A stretch of DNA of 64,000 bases, taken from assembly GCA_965215505.1 (NCBI GenBank), contig OZ244065.1, forward strand, positions 1,088,001 to 1,152,000. Reading direction: 5' to 3'. A program made the position numbers and the translations under genes. This document shows positions 1-8,629 of this stretch, piece after piece; position 1 is the first letter of the stretch, and the number at the start of each line of letters is the position of its first letter. Under the pieces are notes generated by a model. The model made no database searches and had not been told where the DNA came from. It worked only from the letters and a program-made list of their open reading frames with translations. This stretch comes from Capsulimonadaceae bacterium (lineage in GTDB: Bacteria; Armatimonadota; Armatimonadia; Armatimonadales; Capsulimonadaceae).

Positions 1-329
1 CTTGTGCCATTGTGCTGTGTGGTTACCTTTGGTAATCGGAATGGATGATGCCGGGATGGGTGATCGGACAGGATAATGACAAAAATGATGACAGAATTGA
101 GAACGATAAAGGAAATCAGGATGATGACGGAAAAGATGGTCGGTCGAGGTGCCAGGCGACGAGGGCGGCGAGACGCCTGAAAGAGAACCATTCGCGGGGC
201 AAGAAGGAATCAGAACGTGACCAAAGGCCGGGCCAAGGAACGGGGGTGACGGTGAGCCGGACAGCCCGAAACGCGAAGGCACGACGACCGGGAATAGTGA
301 ACCTTGGGGCGTAAACCGGTTCCGAAGCC

Positions 330-338
330 ATTATACCA
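330..338 (-). promoter_or_regulatory. Extended -10 promoter (TGgTATAAT) in front of a ~315-nt leader
   Basis: Minus strand reads TGGTATAAT; the next plausible start is ATG GCA CAA at position 10, which runs off the window edge. Confidence 0.6.
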
Positions 339-385
339 CAGACGGCGTCGAAACAAACAGGAATTTTAATTTAATGCCCGCCTTC

Positions 386-955
386 CTATCCGCCGCCATA
401 GATTTCGGGCTTCAGGACGCCGATGTAAGGCAGGTTGCGGTACTTGCCGGCGTAGTCAAGGCCGTAGCCGACCACGAATCGGTCCTCGACTTTGAAGCCG
501 AAGTAGTCCACGGGGACGTCCACCCGCCGGCGCGAGGGCTTGTCCAGCAGGGTGCAGATCTTGACCGAGGCGGCGCGGCGCGAGCGCAGGTTCTCCAGCA
601 GGTAGGACAGCCGCAGCGTCAGGCCAGTGTCCACGATGTCCTCGACGACCAGGACGTGCTTGCTCTCGACGCTCTCGTCCAGGTCCTTCAGGATGCGGAC
701 GACGCCCGACGATTTAGTGTCCGCGCCGTAGGAGGAGACGGCGACGAAGTCGTAGGAGAGTGGGAGGGTGATCTGCCGGACCAAGTCGGCCATGAAGATG
801 TTGGCACCTTTCAGAATGCAGACCAGCATCAGCTCCTTGCCCGCGTAGTCCTGGGAGATCTGCGCCCCCATCTCGGCGACGCGGCGGGCAATCACTTCTT
901 CGCTCAGGAGGACCTGCTCGACGTCCTCCTCCATCTCCATTTCAACACTCGCCAT
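386..955 (-). CDS. hpt: Hypoxanthine phosphoribosyltransferase
   Basis: Motifs VCILKGA, VLVVEDIVDTGLTL and FVVGYGLDY...YRNLPYIG; ATG at 955 chosen. Confidence 0.95.
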   Translation of the reverse strand: MASVEMEMEEDVEQVLLSEEVIARRVAEMGAQISQDYAGKELMLVCILKGANIFMADLVRQITLPLSYDFVAVSSYGADTKSSGVVRILKDLDESVESKHVLVVEDIVDTGLTLRLSYLLENLRSRRAASVKICTLLDKPSRRRVDVPVDYFGFKVEDRFVVGYGLDYAGKYRNLPYIGVLKPEIYGGG

Positions 956-963
956 AAACGCAC

Positions 964-1734
964 TCAACCCCTCTGGCCGGCACCCGACAGGCGCAGCCGT
1001 ATCAGAAACTCATTCAGTGCCGCCCGGTTCGGCACTTCTTCCGGCAGCGGCGACGATTCGCGCGCCCCGTCCAGCCGCTCGAACAGCCCGGCGATGGCCC
1101 CGGTGAACGCCGCATCGTCACCCGCCACGTCCGCCTGCTCGCGCGTCTTCATCGCCAGCAGCGGGGCAAGGTCCAGCCCGAACCGCTCGTTCAGCCGATG
1201 CAGGTTCGCCTCGACGACGCCTTCGGTGAGAAGCACGATCCCGGTCATCAGGACGCGGTGCAGGTAGAGCAGTCGCTTGACCGTCTTCCCCACCCCAACC
1301 TTTTGATAATCCCGCCATTCGCCTCGCGCGAAACCCGCGTAGTGGTGGTACAGCTTTTTGCTCAATCCCGCCCGTGCCAGCGCAGCCAGCTCCTTATGCG
1401 CGGGCGAGGTCAGCACGACGAGCGGCGACAGGATCTGCTCCAGAACGTACCCGTTCGGCTTGACCAGCAGGCGCAGGTACTTGGCGACCTCGTGCCCGAC
1501 CAGCTCCACCTCGACGCCGCCGACTATCCCCTCCGGCTCCAATGTCTCGCGCGGCATGTCCAGCCCCAGCACATCGGGCAGCGGCGCGGCGAAGCTCCCG
1601 CGCAGGTCCACGTCGCTGTCGGGCGAGGGGAACCCGTAGAGGTGCGCCCCGCTGACCGTCACGAACAGCAGGCCGGGGACGTTTTGCTCGGCGTATCGGC
1701 GCAGGGCGTCATAATCCAGGTCAAGTGCGCTCAA
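964..1734 (-). CDS. Predicted nucleotidyltransferase (RlaP/YcgL-like, Pol-beta superfamily)
   Basis: Motif SGAHLYGFPSPDSDVDLRG and helical C-terminal domain. Confidence 0.8.
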   Translation of the reverse strand: MSALDLDYDALRRYAEQNVPGLLFVTVSGAHLYGFPSPDSDVDLRGSFAAPLPDVLGLDMPRETLEPEGIVGGVEVELVGHEVAKYLRLLVKPNGYVLEQILSPLVVLTSPAHKELAALARAGLSKKLYHHYAGFARGEWRDYQKVGVGKTVKRLLYLHRVLMTGIVLLTEGVVEANLHRLNERFGLDLAPLLAMKTREQADVAGDDAAFTGAIAGLFERLDGARESSPLPEEVPNRAALNEFLIRLRLSGAGQRG

Positions 1735-2030
1735 ATCTTTTGCATCCTACGGCGGCTGAACAGCCACCCGGAGAAGCCAAGAAAGTTGGCGAGCATCAGA
1801 AGGGTGAACAACAGACACAACCAGCGCAAAAGAGGCCAGCCAGCCCAAGCATTCTGGATGATGGCAGGAAATACGGCGCTCAGAAAGAGATAGGGCACCC
1901 ACAGCGTCAGGACGACGAGGTCAAAGAGACGCTGCCATTCTTTGCATCGAGTCGCTTTGGCCAGTACGACCGGTGTTAAGACAGCATAGAGGATGCCGAA
2001 GACGAGCATGACCCAGCGAAACCAGTCCAT
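1731..2030 (-). CDS. Small membrane protein
   Basis: About three hydrophobic segments; GGAAGG precedes the ATG at 2030; stop overlaps the next gene's start. Confidence 0.55.
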   Translation of the reverse strand: MDWFRWVMLVFGILYAVLTPVVLAKATRCKEWQRLFDLVVLTLWVPYLFLSAVFPAIIQNAWAGWPLLRWLCLLFTLLMLANFLGFSGWLFSRRRMQKI

Positions 2031-2059
2031 GTGTTTGCCTTCCTTCTTGGTCCCTTCAG

Positions 2060-2620
2060 CTACCGAAGCACCTGGCACTGGGCGGGGGGCCAGTAGCAGG
2101 CGACGGCCCTCCCGATGATGTCGTGGCGCGGCAGGTCGCCCCAGTAGCGGCTGTCGTCGGAGACGTCCCGGTTGTCTCCCATCACGAAATACTGACCGGG
2201 CGGGACCGCCTGGGCCGGCATGTCGCCGTGGGCGGCGAAGGCTTTGTACGGCTCCGGGAGCGGCCTGCCGTTGATGGACACTGCCCCATCCCGGATGGCG
2301 ACGGTTTCGCCGGGCAGGCCGATGACGCGCTTGACGTAGACCTGGCGGACGTCTCTGGGGTAGTCGAAGATCACGATGTCACCGCGCTTGGGCGATGCCA
2401 AACGGTAGGCCAGCTTGTTCGCCAAAACGCGCTCACCCGTATAGAGATGCGGCTGCATGCAGTCGCCCGCGACGCAGAAGCCCTGCATGACGAACAGGGT
2501 CGTGGCGACGGCCAGCAGGAACCCCAGCAAGACCTGTTCCCACTGCGTGATCGTGACCGACCGCCGGGGGCGCGTCTTTAGGAAGTGCTTCGTCATCCGT
2601 GCGGTGAGCAGAGGTGTCAT
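2060..2620 (-). CDS. lepB: Signal peptidase I (S26) homolog with Cys at the nucleophile position
   Basis: One TM segment; box B GDCMQPHL, box C RGDIVIF, box D YVKRVIGLPGE, box E MGDNR..SDDSR.WG. Confidence 0.88.
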   Translation of the reverse strand: MTPLLTARMTKHFLKTRPRRSVTITQWEQVLLGFLLAVATTLFVMQGFCVAGDCMQPHLYTGERVLANKLAYRLASPKRGDIVIFDYPRDVRQVYVKRVIGLPGETVAIRDGAVSINGRPLPEPYKAFAAHGDMPAQAVPPGQYFVMGDNRDVSDDSRYWGDLPRHDIIGRAVACYWPPAQCQVLR

Positions 2621-2749
2621 GCGGTTCTATAATGCACAAGTGGTGCCAAAGCGGCGACTTTAGGTTCGTTTTCGCAAATTCGCGTGTCCGTCAGCCGCCG
2701 ATGCCTTCTGAAAACCCAGCGGGCGGGCGTTCATGGATGGATTATACCC

Positions 2750-4741
2750 TTACTTTATCGGCTTCAGCACCAGGGCATCCAGGCCGAACAGGGTATTAGT
2801 CGCGGCCTCGTTTTTGCCGTGGATGGTGACGGCGAGGCGGCTGGGGCCGGGGGGCAGGGTGACGCGGCCCAGTGCGACCGGACCGCTGGGGACGACGCCG
2901 GCATGGTAGGCATCGTAGACGCCGCCGACGGGCTTGCCGTCGAGTGTGAAGGTGAACCGGCCATAGTCGGCGGCCTGGGTGAAGTAGGCGACGAGATCGA
3001 AAGTGCCGGGCCGGGGCGGCAGGGTCAGGGTCAAAGTGTCGCCGGCCTTGCCGCCCGTCCACCAGAGCTGACCGTCGCCGCTCCAGGCCCCTTCAAAGCC
3101 GCCCATGTCCTGCGTCTGGACCTTGCCCGCCGAGGCGACTGCGGTGGCGGCCAGCGCCTCGCCCTCGATGGGGTCCTTCAAGGTCAGGACGGAGGCCGCG
3201 CGGGGGTTCAGGGGCGGCCCGACCTGGCCCGCTGCCGGAGTAACAGACCAGGGCTGGGTCGGCCCCGAGGCGTACCAATAGGCGACGGACGAATAGTAGG
3301 TGTCCGGGGCGTCGTTCGCGCCCCCATGTTCAATCTGGGCGTCGAGGGAGCGTTGGAAGACGGGCGCGTCGTTAAGGAACCAGCGATAGGCGTTGATCCG
3401 GCCGGTCCCGCCGGACTGGTCCTTGACTAATGCGCCGTTGACGGGGAGGGCGTTCGGCCCTTTGTCGAAGTACCAGCCGCTGTTGAAGCAGTCCTCGGTG
3501 CCGGTGCCGTTCCACGGCCCGATCAGGGTCGTCGGGACGAGGCTCGCGCCCCACGGCTGGGCGTCCGCCCGGAACTGCTCGTCGCCTTCCAGGAAGCCCA
3601 GCCCGCGCGCCCCGGCCATCGTCTGCACGACGCCGACGAAGTGGCCACGCTGTCCCCGCGCCCGTGTCCAGACGTGGGGCAGGCCGCGCTTCGTCACCTC
3701 CTGCGACCACTGGGCGTGGAAGTAGCCGGTTTCTGCGGCGCGGAACGGCTGATGCACCATGACCGCATTCCAGGCGACGACGACATTCTTTCCCAGGCCG
3801 TTCTCGACCGTGAACCGGGCCGAGCGCGCGAACGGCATGGGGAAGCGCGACTGCATCACCCCGGCCTCCGTCTGGCTCAGGAGCAGGGAGGTGAAGGCTT
3901 TGTGGCCGTAACCGCTGCCGAAGAAGTCGGCGACCGGGGCCTCGATGTCTGGCGTCTGGTGGCCGTCGAAGTACCCCCGCAGGACCAGCCGGCGCAGGTC
4001 AATGCCCGTCGGCGCGGCGAACTCCAGCGAGCGGATCACGCCCGGCCCCTGGAAGTGGTCAATCTCGCGCGTCTTGCCTGTGAGGAGCGCGACCGACCAC
4101 GTTCGGCCCGGCACGGGAGCGCCAGTGCCTGCCGACGACCAGGCGTGGACGGCGGCCTGGAGCGCGGCCCGGTCGGCATCGGTCAGCGGCAGCGCGAACG
4201 GTCGGATCGGCGTATTCGCGGCGAGCGTCAGCGAGTTCACCTGATAGTACAGCCCGTGCGGGTCGTCCACGGTGATGCGGCAATGCTTGGCGTAGGGGAT
4301 GGGCAGGTAGGAGTAGAAGCCGCCGGACGAGCCCTGGGTCAGCGGCGGCACGAAACCCGGTTGGGAGCCGTCGAACAGCCTGGCGAACGGCACGTCAATG
4401 ACCGGCGCGGGGGCGTCGTCAATGTAGACCTTGAGCTGACCGTTCGGATTGGCGGACCACAGCCGGACGACCGCGCCCGGCCCGGCGAGGTCGGCAAGAG
4501 TCGCCGTCGTGCCGGTCATAACGGGGAAAGTCTGGAAGTCGCCGTTGCCGCCGGTGCGGTCATAGGACGATTGCAGGTTCGAGGCCCAGTCCCGGAGATG
4601 CGGCAGCCGGGTGAGGTCCGTTTCCTCGCGCAGCAGCGTGTCCACGCCGACAGGGGCTGGGACAGGCGGGGACGCGGAGCGGGCAGGCAGCAAGGGCAGG
4701 AGGAGCGTGAGCAGCCCGAGGGTGGCGAGGGAGTTCCGCAT
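2750..4741 (-). CDS. Secreted DUF2961 (GH172-like) glycoside hydrolase with C-terminal carbohydrate-binding-like domain
   Basis: Signal peptide; motifs SSYDRTGGNGD, FLEGDE, GTGTEDCFNSGWY and YSSVAYWY. Confidence 0.8.
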   Translation of the reverse strand: MRNSLATLGLLTLLLPLLPARSASPPVPAPVGVDTLLREETDLTRLPHLRDWASNLQSSYDRTGGNGDFQTFPVMTGTTATLADLAGPGAVVRLWSANPNGQLKVYIDDAPAPVIDVPFARLFDGSQPGFVPPLTQGSSGGFYSYLPIPYAKHCRITVDDPHGLYYQVNSLTLAANTPIRPFALPLTDADRAALQAAVHAWSSAGTGAPVPGRTWSVALLTGKTREIDHFQGPGVIRSLEFAAPTGIDLRRLVLRGYFDGHQTPDIEAPVADFFGSGYGHKAFTSLLLSQTEAGVMQSRFPMPFARSARFTVENGLGKNVVVAWNAVMVHQPFRAAETGYFHAQWSQEVTKRGLPHVWTRARGQRGHFVGVVQTMAGARGLGFLEGDEQFRADAQPWGASLVPTTLIGPWNGTGTEDCFNSGWYFDKGPNALPVNGALVKDQSGGTGRINAYRWFLNDAPVFQRSLDAQIEHGGANDAPDTYYSSVAYWYASGPTQPWSVTPAAGQVGPPLNPRAASVLTLKDPIEGEALAATAVASAGKVQTQDMGGFEGAWSGDGQLWWTGGKAGDTLTLTLPPRPGTFDLVAYFTQAADYGRFTFTLDGKPVGGVYDAYHAGVVPSGPVALGRVTLPPGPSRLAVTIHGKNEAATNTLFGLDALVLKPIK

Positions 4742-4774
4742 GGCAGGGTCCTCCGAGGATCGTGGAAAGGCCGA

Positions 4775-4794
4775 CCACGGGTTTTAACCCGTGG
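4775..4794. repeat. Single REP-like palindrome CCACGGGTTTTAACCCGTGG
   Basis: 9-bp arms; nearly identical to the arms of the element at 26256-26381. Confidence 0.7.
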
Positions 4795-4818
4795 AGAGTT
4801 TCTGCCGGATGGTAAGCA

Positions 4819-4858
4819 GGAGGCCCGCTCCTGTACGCTGTACAAAGAACGGGCCTCC
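4819..4858 (-). terminator. Hairpin downstream of sigH
   Basis: GGAGGCCCG...CGGGCCTCC stem with a weak U tail. Confidence 0.45.
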
Positions 4859-4878
4859 GATGGGAGCATGGAAAATAA

Positions 4879-5595
4879 TCACAAAAGCTCACTCAGGTCG
4901 GCATCGCCGATGGGGACGCCGCTGACCTTGCGCTTGATGCGGGCGAGGGCGTTATCCACGCTCTTGGTCTTGCAGCGCAGCTCGGAGGCGATCTCGCGGT
5001 AGGACTTACCGAGCTGATAGCCGGACAGGACGTGCCATTCGAAGTCGGAGAGCATCTGCTGCAAGGTTTCGTGGAGGATCTTGGTGTCCTCATTCCGCAG
5101 GACCATGTCCTCGGGGTCGGCCCCGTCGAGGTTCGGCAGGATGTCGGAGAGGTTCCAGTCGGTGGTGGGGTCTTCGGAGGGGCTTTCGAGCGAGAGCGAC
5201 TGGTTCAGGGGCATCTGCTTCTGTCGCGTGGCCGTCTTGATGGCGGTGATGATGTGGCGGGTGATGCAGACCTTGGCGAAGGCGGGGAAGGAGATGGCCT
5301 TGTCGGCCCGGAAGTCAATGATGGCCTGCCACAGCCCGATCTGGCCGACTTGCAGGAGGTCTTCCTTTTCCGCGCCGACGAGGAAATAGGATTTGACCTT
5401 GGTGCGGACGAGGTTGCGGTACTTGTAGAGCATGTACTCGGCGGCGGCGTTCTCGCCGCGCTGGGCGCGCGAGACGATCTCCCGGTCGGCCATGTCGGCG
5501 TATTTGAGCTGGGACTGACGCAGGCGGTCGGAGATGTCGTTGACGATGCTCCAGTCGCTGGATTGGGTTCTGATCAAGGGGAGCCTCACTGGCAC
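4879..5595 (-). CDS. sigH: RNA polymerase sigma factor, SigH/Spo0H type
   Basis: YFLVGAEKEDLLQ, CITRHIITAIKTATRQKQMPLN and KSVDNALARIKRK match SigH; start codon uncertain. Confidence 0.88.
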   Translation of the reverse strand: MPVRLPLIRTQSSDWSIVNDISDRLRQSQLKYADMADREIVSRAQRGENAAAEYMLYKYRNLVRTKVKSYFLVGAEKEDLLQVGQIGLWQAIIDFRADKAISFPAFAKVCITRHIITAIKTATRQKQMPLNQSLSLESPSEDPTTDWNLSDILPNLDGADPEDMVLRNEDTKILHETLQQMLSDFEWHVLSGYQLGKSYREIASELRCKTKSVDNALARIKRKVSGVPIGDADLSELL

Positions 5596-5738
5596 AAAGA
5601 TGAGTGTCGGAACGGATTAAGACGGGCTGAATGATGAAACGGTCTGAATGATGAACGGCGAAAGCGATGGGCGGCCAACGGCCTGGTGAGGGAAGGGGGC
5701 GGCGACCCAGAAGATGACGCGGGTGCCGCCACGGGGGG

Positions 5739-6047
5739 TCAGCGAGACGGCTCGTGATCCACTTCGATGGTCAGGGTGCTGATGATGACCGCCAGCAGGA
5801 CCAGCGCCATCGTGGCTGCGGTCGTGAGGGGGCTAACGGGGATCTCTTTGATGACGTGATTGCCCAGTCTGAGGCGCAGGGCGCGCACCTTGCTGGTGCC
5901 GGTGATACGCTGGACCTGGCCGAAGAGGTCCACCCCCAGGCTTAACAGGTTGGCGGCGGGAACATTACCTTGCATGATTGCATCCTCGGGTGCGACAGCA
6001 TTTCGGCCCCCTCCAGGGTCTTGGGACAAGGAGGAAGCCGCTCGCAT
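5739..6047 (-). CDS. Small DUF4342-like protein, probably leaderless
   Basis: VRALRLRLGNHVIKEIPVS, a hydrophobic helix and TIEV resemble DUF4342; alternative start at 5975. Confidence 0.55.
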   Translation of the reverse strand: MRAASSLSQDPGGGRNAVAPEDAIMQGNVPAANLLSLGVDLFGQVQRITGTSKVRALRLRLGNHVIKEIPVSPLTTAATMALVLLAVIISTLTIEVDHEPSR

Positions 6048-6053
6048 GAGGTC

Positions 6054-6082
6054 ATTATACACGGTCGGGGTTGGGGCGTCAA
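6054..6082 (-). promoter_or_regulatory. Sigma70 promoter TTGACG-17-TATAAT
   Basis: Near-consensus hexamers with a 17-bp spacer; ATG follows 6 nt after the -10. Confidence 0.8.
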
Positions 6083-6186
6083 CCCTTTTTCCCGTCTTCG
6101 GCGGCGTGTTTTCGCGGATTGTCCCGCAAACGGGACAATCCAGGCGGAATCGGGGCGATTTGGAGGTGAATCCAGGGAATCCGGGG

Positions 6187-6705
6187 CTATTTGCCCGCGA
6201 CGTCGGGCAACTCACGCCGGTAGCTCGTCGCGCCGGTGATGGTGTTTATGGCGGAGTGGTAGGCGGGGAACGAGTACAGCTCGGACCCGACCGTCCCGCC
6301 GCTGACCAGGGCGGCGGACGCCTCGCGCTGCGGGTCGGAAGTGACGAGGGCGGAGACCAGTCCGTGGGCGAGTATCATGCCCGCCGCGATCCCCCCGACC
6401 ATGCCGAACAGCCGGTCGAAGAGTCCGGCCTCGAACTGGGTCAAGCCGTGGCAGTACCAGGCGATGCCGAGGCAGAGCGCGCCGAGGAGGATGAAAAGAA
6501 GCCCGAACGCCCAGCTCCGGTTCAGGGCGGCCCCGCCGGCGCTGAGTGTGACGTGGGAGACCGCGAGCGGCGTGAGGAGGGAGGCGAGCCAGAGGGCGGC
6601 GTACAGGCCCAGGGCGTCGAAGGAGGCGCGGCCGAAGCCGTGCTTCAGGCCCAGCCCGGCGGCCCCGGCGATCAGTGCCAGCAGCAGGATGTCAAGCCAG
6701 TTCAT
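6187..6705 (-). CDS. CvpA (colicin V production) family membrane protein
   Basis: MNWLDILLL...GLKHGF and FDRLFGMVGG motifs; four TM segments. Confidence 0.75.
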   Translation of the reverse strand: MNWLDILLLALIAGAAGLGLKHGFGRASFDALGLYAALWLASLLTPLAVSHVTLSAGGAALNRSWAFGLLFILLGALCLGIAWYCHGLTQFEAGLFDRLFGMVGGIAAGMILAHGLVSALVTSDPQREASAALVSGGTVGSELYSFPAYHSAINTITGATSYRRELPDVAGK

Positions 6706-6768
6706 GCCGCCATTGTCGGCGGATTTGCGGGGATACGAGAGGGGGAGAAGATATGTGCCGCTGCCATG

Positions 6769-6777
6769 TGCTATAAT
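6769..6777 (+). promoter_or_regulatory. Extended -10 promoter of rnpB
   Basis: TGcTATAAT 7 nt before the RNase P RNA. Confidence 0.7.
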
Positions 6778-6784
6778 CACCCCC

Positions 6785-7186
6785 GAAGTCATCCGGGTGG
6801 CCGCTGCGCGCGCCGCCGGGCGCGTGTCAGAGGAAAGTCCGGACTCCACAGGGCGACGATGCCGGCTAACGGCCGGGCGGGGTGACCCGCCGGAAAGTGC
6901 CACAGAAACATACCGCCGCGCCCTTTCTTTCATGTAAGAGGCGCGGTAAGGGCGAAATGGTGCGGCCCTTCGGGGCTTAAAGTAAGAGCGCACCGGGTCG
7001 GCGGAGACGCCGATGCCGGGTAAACCCCATCGGGAGCAAGGCCGGAGGGCGCGGCCAGAGTTTTCCCGTCCCCGCCTGGAACGGCGGGAAAGCGACGCGC
7101 CCCTTTGCGCCGCTAGAGGCGTCGGGAAACCGGCGTCCCAGAGAGATGGCCACACAAACACAGAACCCGGCTTACAGGGTGGCTTC
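6785..7186 (+). ncRNA. rnpB: RNase P RNA (bacterial type A)
   Basis: Conserved GAGGAAAGTCCGGACTCC, GAAAGTGCCACAGAAA, GGTAAACCCC and ACAGAACCCGGCTTA; the 5' and 3' ends pair (P1). Confidence 0.95.
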
Positions 7187-7196
7187 ACCAAGAGGG

Positions 7197-7232
7197 AAGG
7201 CCCGCGCGTCACACGACGCGCGGGCCTTGTTT
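7197..7232 (+). terminator. Intrinsic terminator of rnpB
   Basis: AAGGCCCGCGCGTC-ACAC-GACGCGCGGGCCTT followed by GTTT. Confidence 0.75.
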
Positions 7233-7283
7233 CATGGGACGGTCCGCTGAAGACGGGCGAAAATCGGGTATGTTAATGTTTCC

Positions 7284-7922
7284 ATGAACGACCTTTCAAC
7301 TCACACAGGCGCGGAGCCGACCCGGCGGGACCAGCAGGCGCGGGAGACACGGGCGCGGCTGATCGAGGCCGCACTGACCTTGTTTGCCCGGAACGGGGTC
7401 AGCAGCACGCCCATCAAGGACATCGCGCGGGAGGCAGGCGTCGCGCAGGGGCTTCTGTATCACTACTTCGCGAGCAAGGACGACCTGCTGTGGGGCGTTC
7501 TGGAGGCGGACACGTTCCTGCCGCATCTGGAGGAGGTCTTCGGCGGCAGCGAGGGGCGGCCCGCCGGGGAGGTGCTTACGGAAGTCGCGCTTCGTTTCGA
7601 CGCGTTTTTGGCGGACCGGCAGCCGATGATGCGCCTGATTCTGGGCGAGCTTCAGTCCAACCCACGCATCCAGGTGCTCTGGGAAGATGGGATACGGCGG
7701 GAAGAACACGTCCTTCAGGCGTTTCTTCGGGCGAGGGCGCAGACCGGCGAGCTGCGGGAGCATGACGTCGAGGTCACGACTCGCATGCTGATGTACGGGG
7801 TCGTGCTGCTGCACCTGCCCGGCGGCCGGACGGCGGGCGGTAATCAGGCGTTCCTGCGCGCCATGGTGGAGACACTGATGCGTGGCATCGCCGCCGAACT
7901 CCCCTCTCCCGCCAAAAAATGA
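7284..7922 (+). CDS. TetR/AcrR family transcriptional regulator
   Basis: HTH IAREAGVAQGLLYHYFASKDDL. Confidence 0.92.
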   Translation: MNDLSTHTGAEPTRRDQQARETRARLIEAALTLFARNGVSSTPIKDIAREAGVAQGLLYHYFASKDDLLWGVLEADTFLPHLEEVFGGSEGRPAGEVLTEVALRFDAFLADRQPMMRLILGELQSNPRIQVLWEDGIRREEHVLQAFLRARAQTGELREHDVEVTTRMLMYGVVLLHLPGGRTAGGNQAFLRAMVETLMRGIAAELPSPAKK

Positions 7923-7946
7923 AGTGCGCCCGTGCGGCGCTCCCGC

Positions 7947-8000
7947 TTGACATGACCCGTGCGGTATGGTAAGATGGGCGCAGTTGAACGGAAGTTCAAC
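7947..8000 (+). promoter_or_regulatory. Promoter TTGACA-17-TAAGAT plus palindromic operator GTTGAAC-GGAA-GTTCAAC
   Basis: Hexamers at 7947-7952 and 7970-7975; perfect 7-bp inverted repeat at 7983-8000. Confidence 0.75.
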
Positions 8001-8098
8001 GAGCGCGATTAGTCCGGCGTCAGGCGGGACTATTTTTTGCGGCCTTCTGTTGGTTGGTTGTTCAATCAATAAAAGGCCGCCTGGAAAGAAGACGGACC

Positions 8099-8602
8099 AT
8101 GACACGCAAAGGGACAGCTCTCCTCAGAAAGAAATGCCTCCTCGGCCCCGCATTCACCGCCCTGCTGCTGGCGGCACACCCGATCGGGGCACAGCAGAAG
8201 CCGGCGGCCGTCGCCGCCGTCACCGTCGCCGTCAGCGGCGTTCACGACCGCGACGGCGTCCTACGGGTCAACCTGTACCGGAGCGCCGACGGGTTCCCGG
8301 CGGACACGGCGAAGGCCTACCAGAAGCGGGACATCGTGCTGAAGTCGCTCGCGCCGAACGCGCCGCTCGACCCCCTCCGCGTCTCGTTCACGGGCCTGCC
8401 GCCGGGCACCTACGCGGTCTGCTCCATCCACGACAGCAACAGCAACAATAAGCTGGACACCAACTTTCTCGGCATCCCCCGTGAAGACTGGGCCGTCTCG
8501 AATGATGCCCGCCCCCGGTTCCGCTCCCCCCACTTCGATGAAGCGCAGTTCACGGTCGGGGCGGGCGAGACAAAGGCGATCGCTTTCCGGGTGCGCCACT
8601 AG
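8099..8602 (+). CDS. DUF2141 family exported protein
   Basis: Signal peptide; LPPGTYAV..IHDSNSNNKLDTNFLGIPRE..AVSN..P.F.EAQF. Confidence 0.85.
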   Translation: MTRKGTALLRKKCLLGPAFTALLLAAHPIGAQQKPAAVAAVTVAVSGVHDRDGVLRVNLYRSADGFPADTAKAYQKRDIVLKSLAPNAPLDPLRVSFTGLPPGTYAVCSIHDSNSNNKLDTNFLGIPREDWAVSNDARPRFRSPHFDEAQFTVGAGETKAIAFRVRH

Positions 8603-8629
8603 GAGTGCGCCACTAGAATGGACTGAACG

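Noticed and set aside
45-331. ORFs 45-314 (+) and 116-331 (-)
   Set aside because: The minus ORF's ATG lies inside the -10 box, and the plus ORF reflects the compositional bias of the leader; no recognisable motifs
6187-7212. 341-aa ORF extension of cvpA
   Set aside because: The upstream half is antisense to RNase P RNA; the real start is 6705
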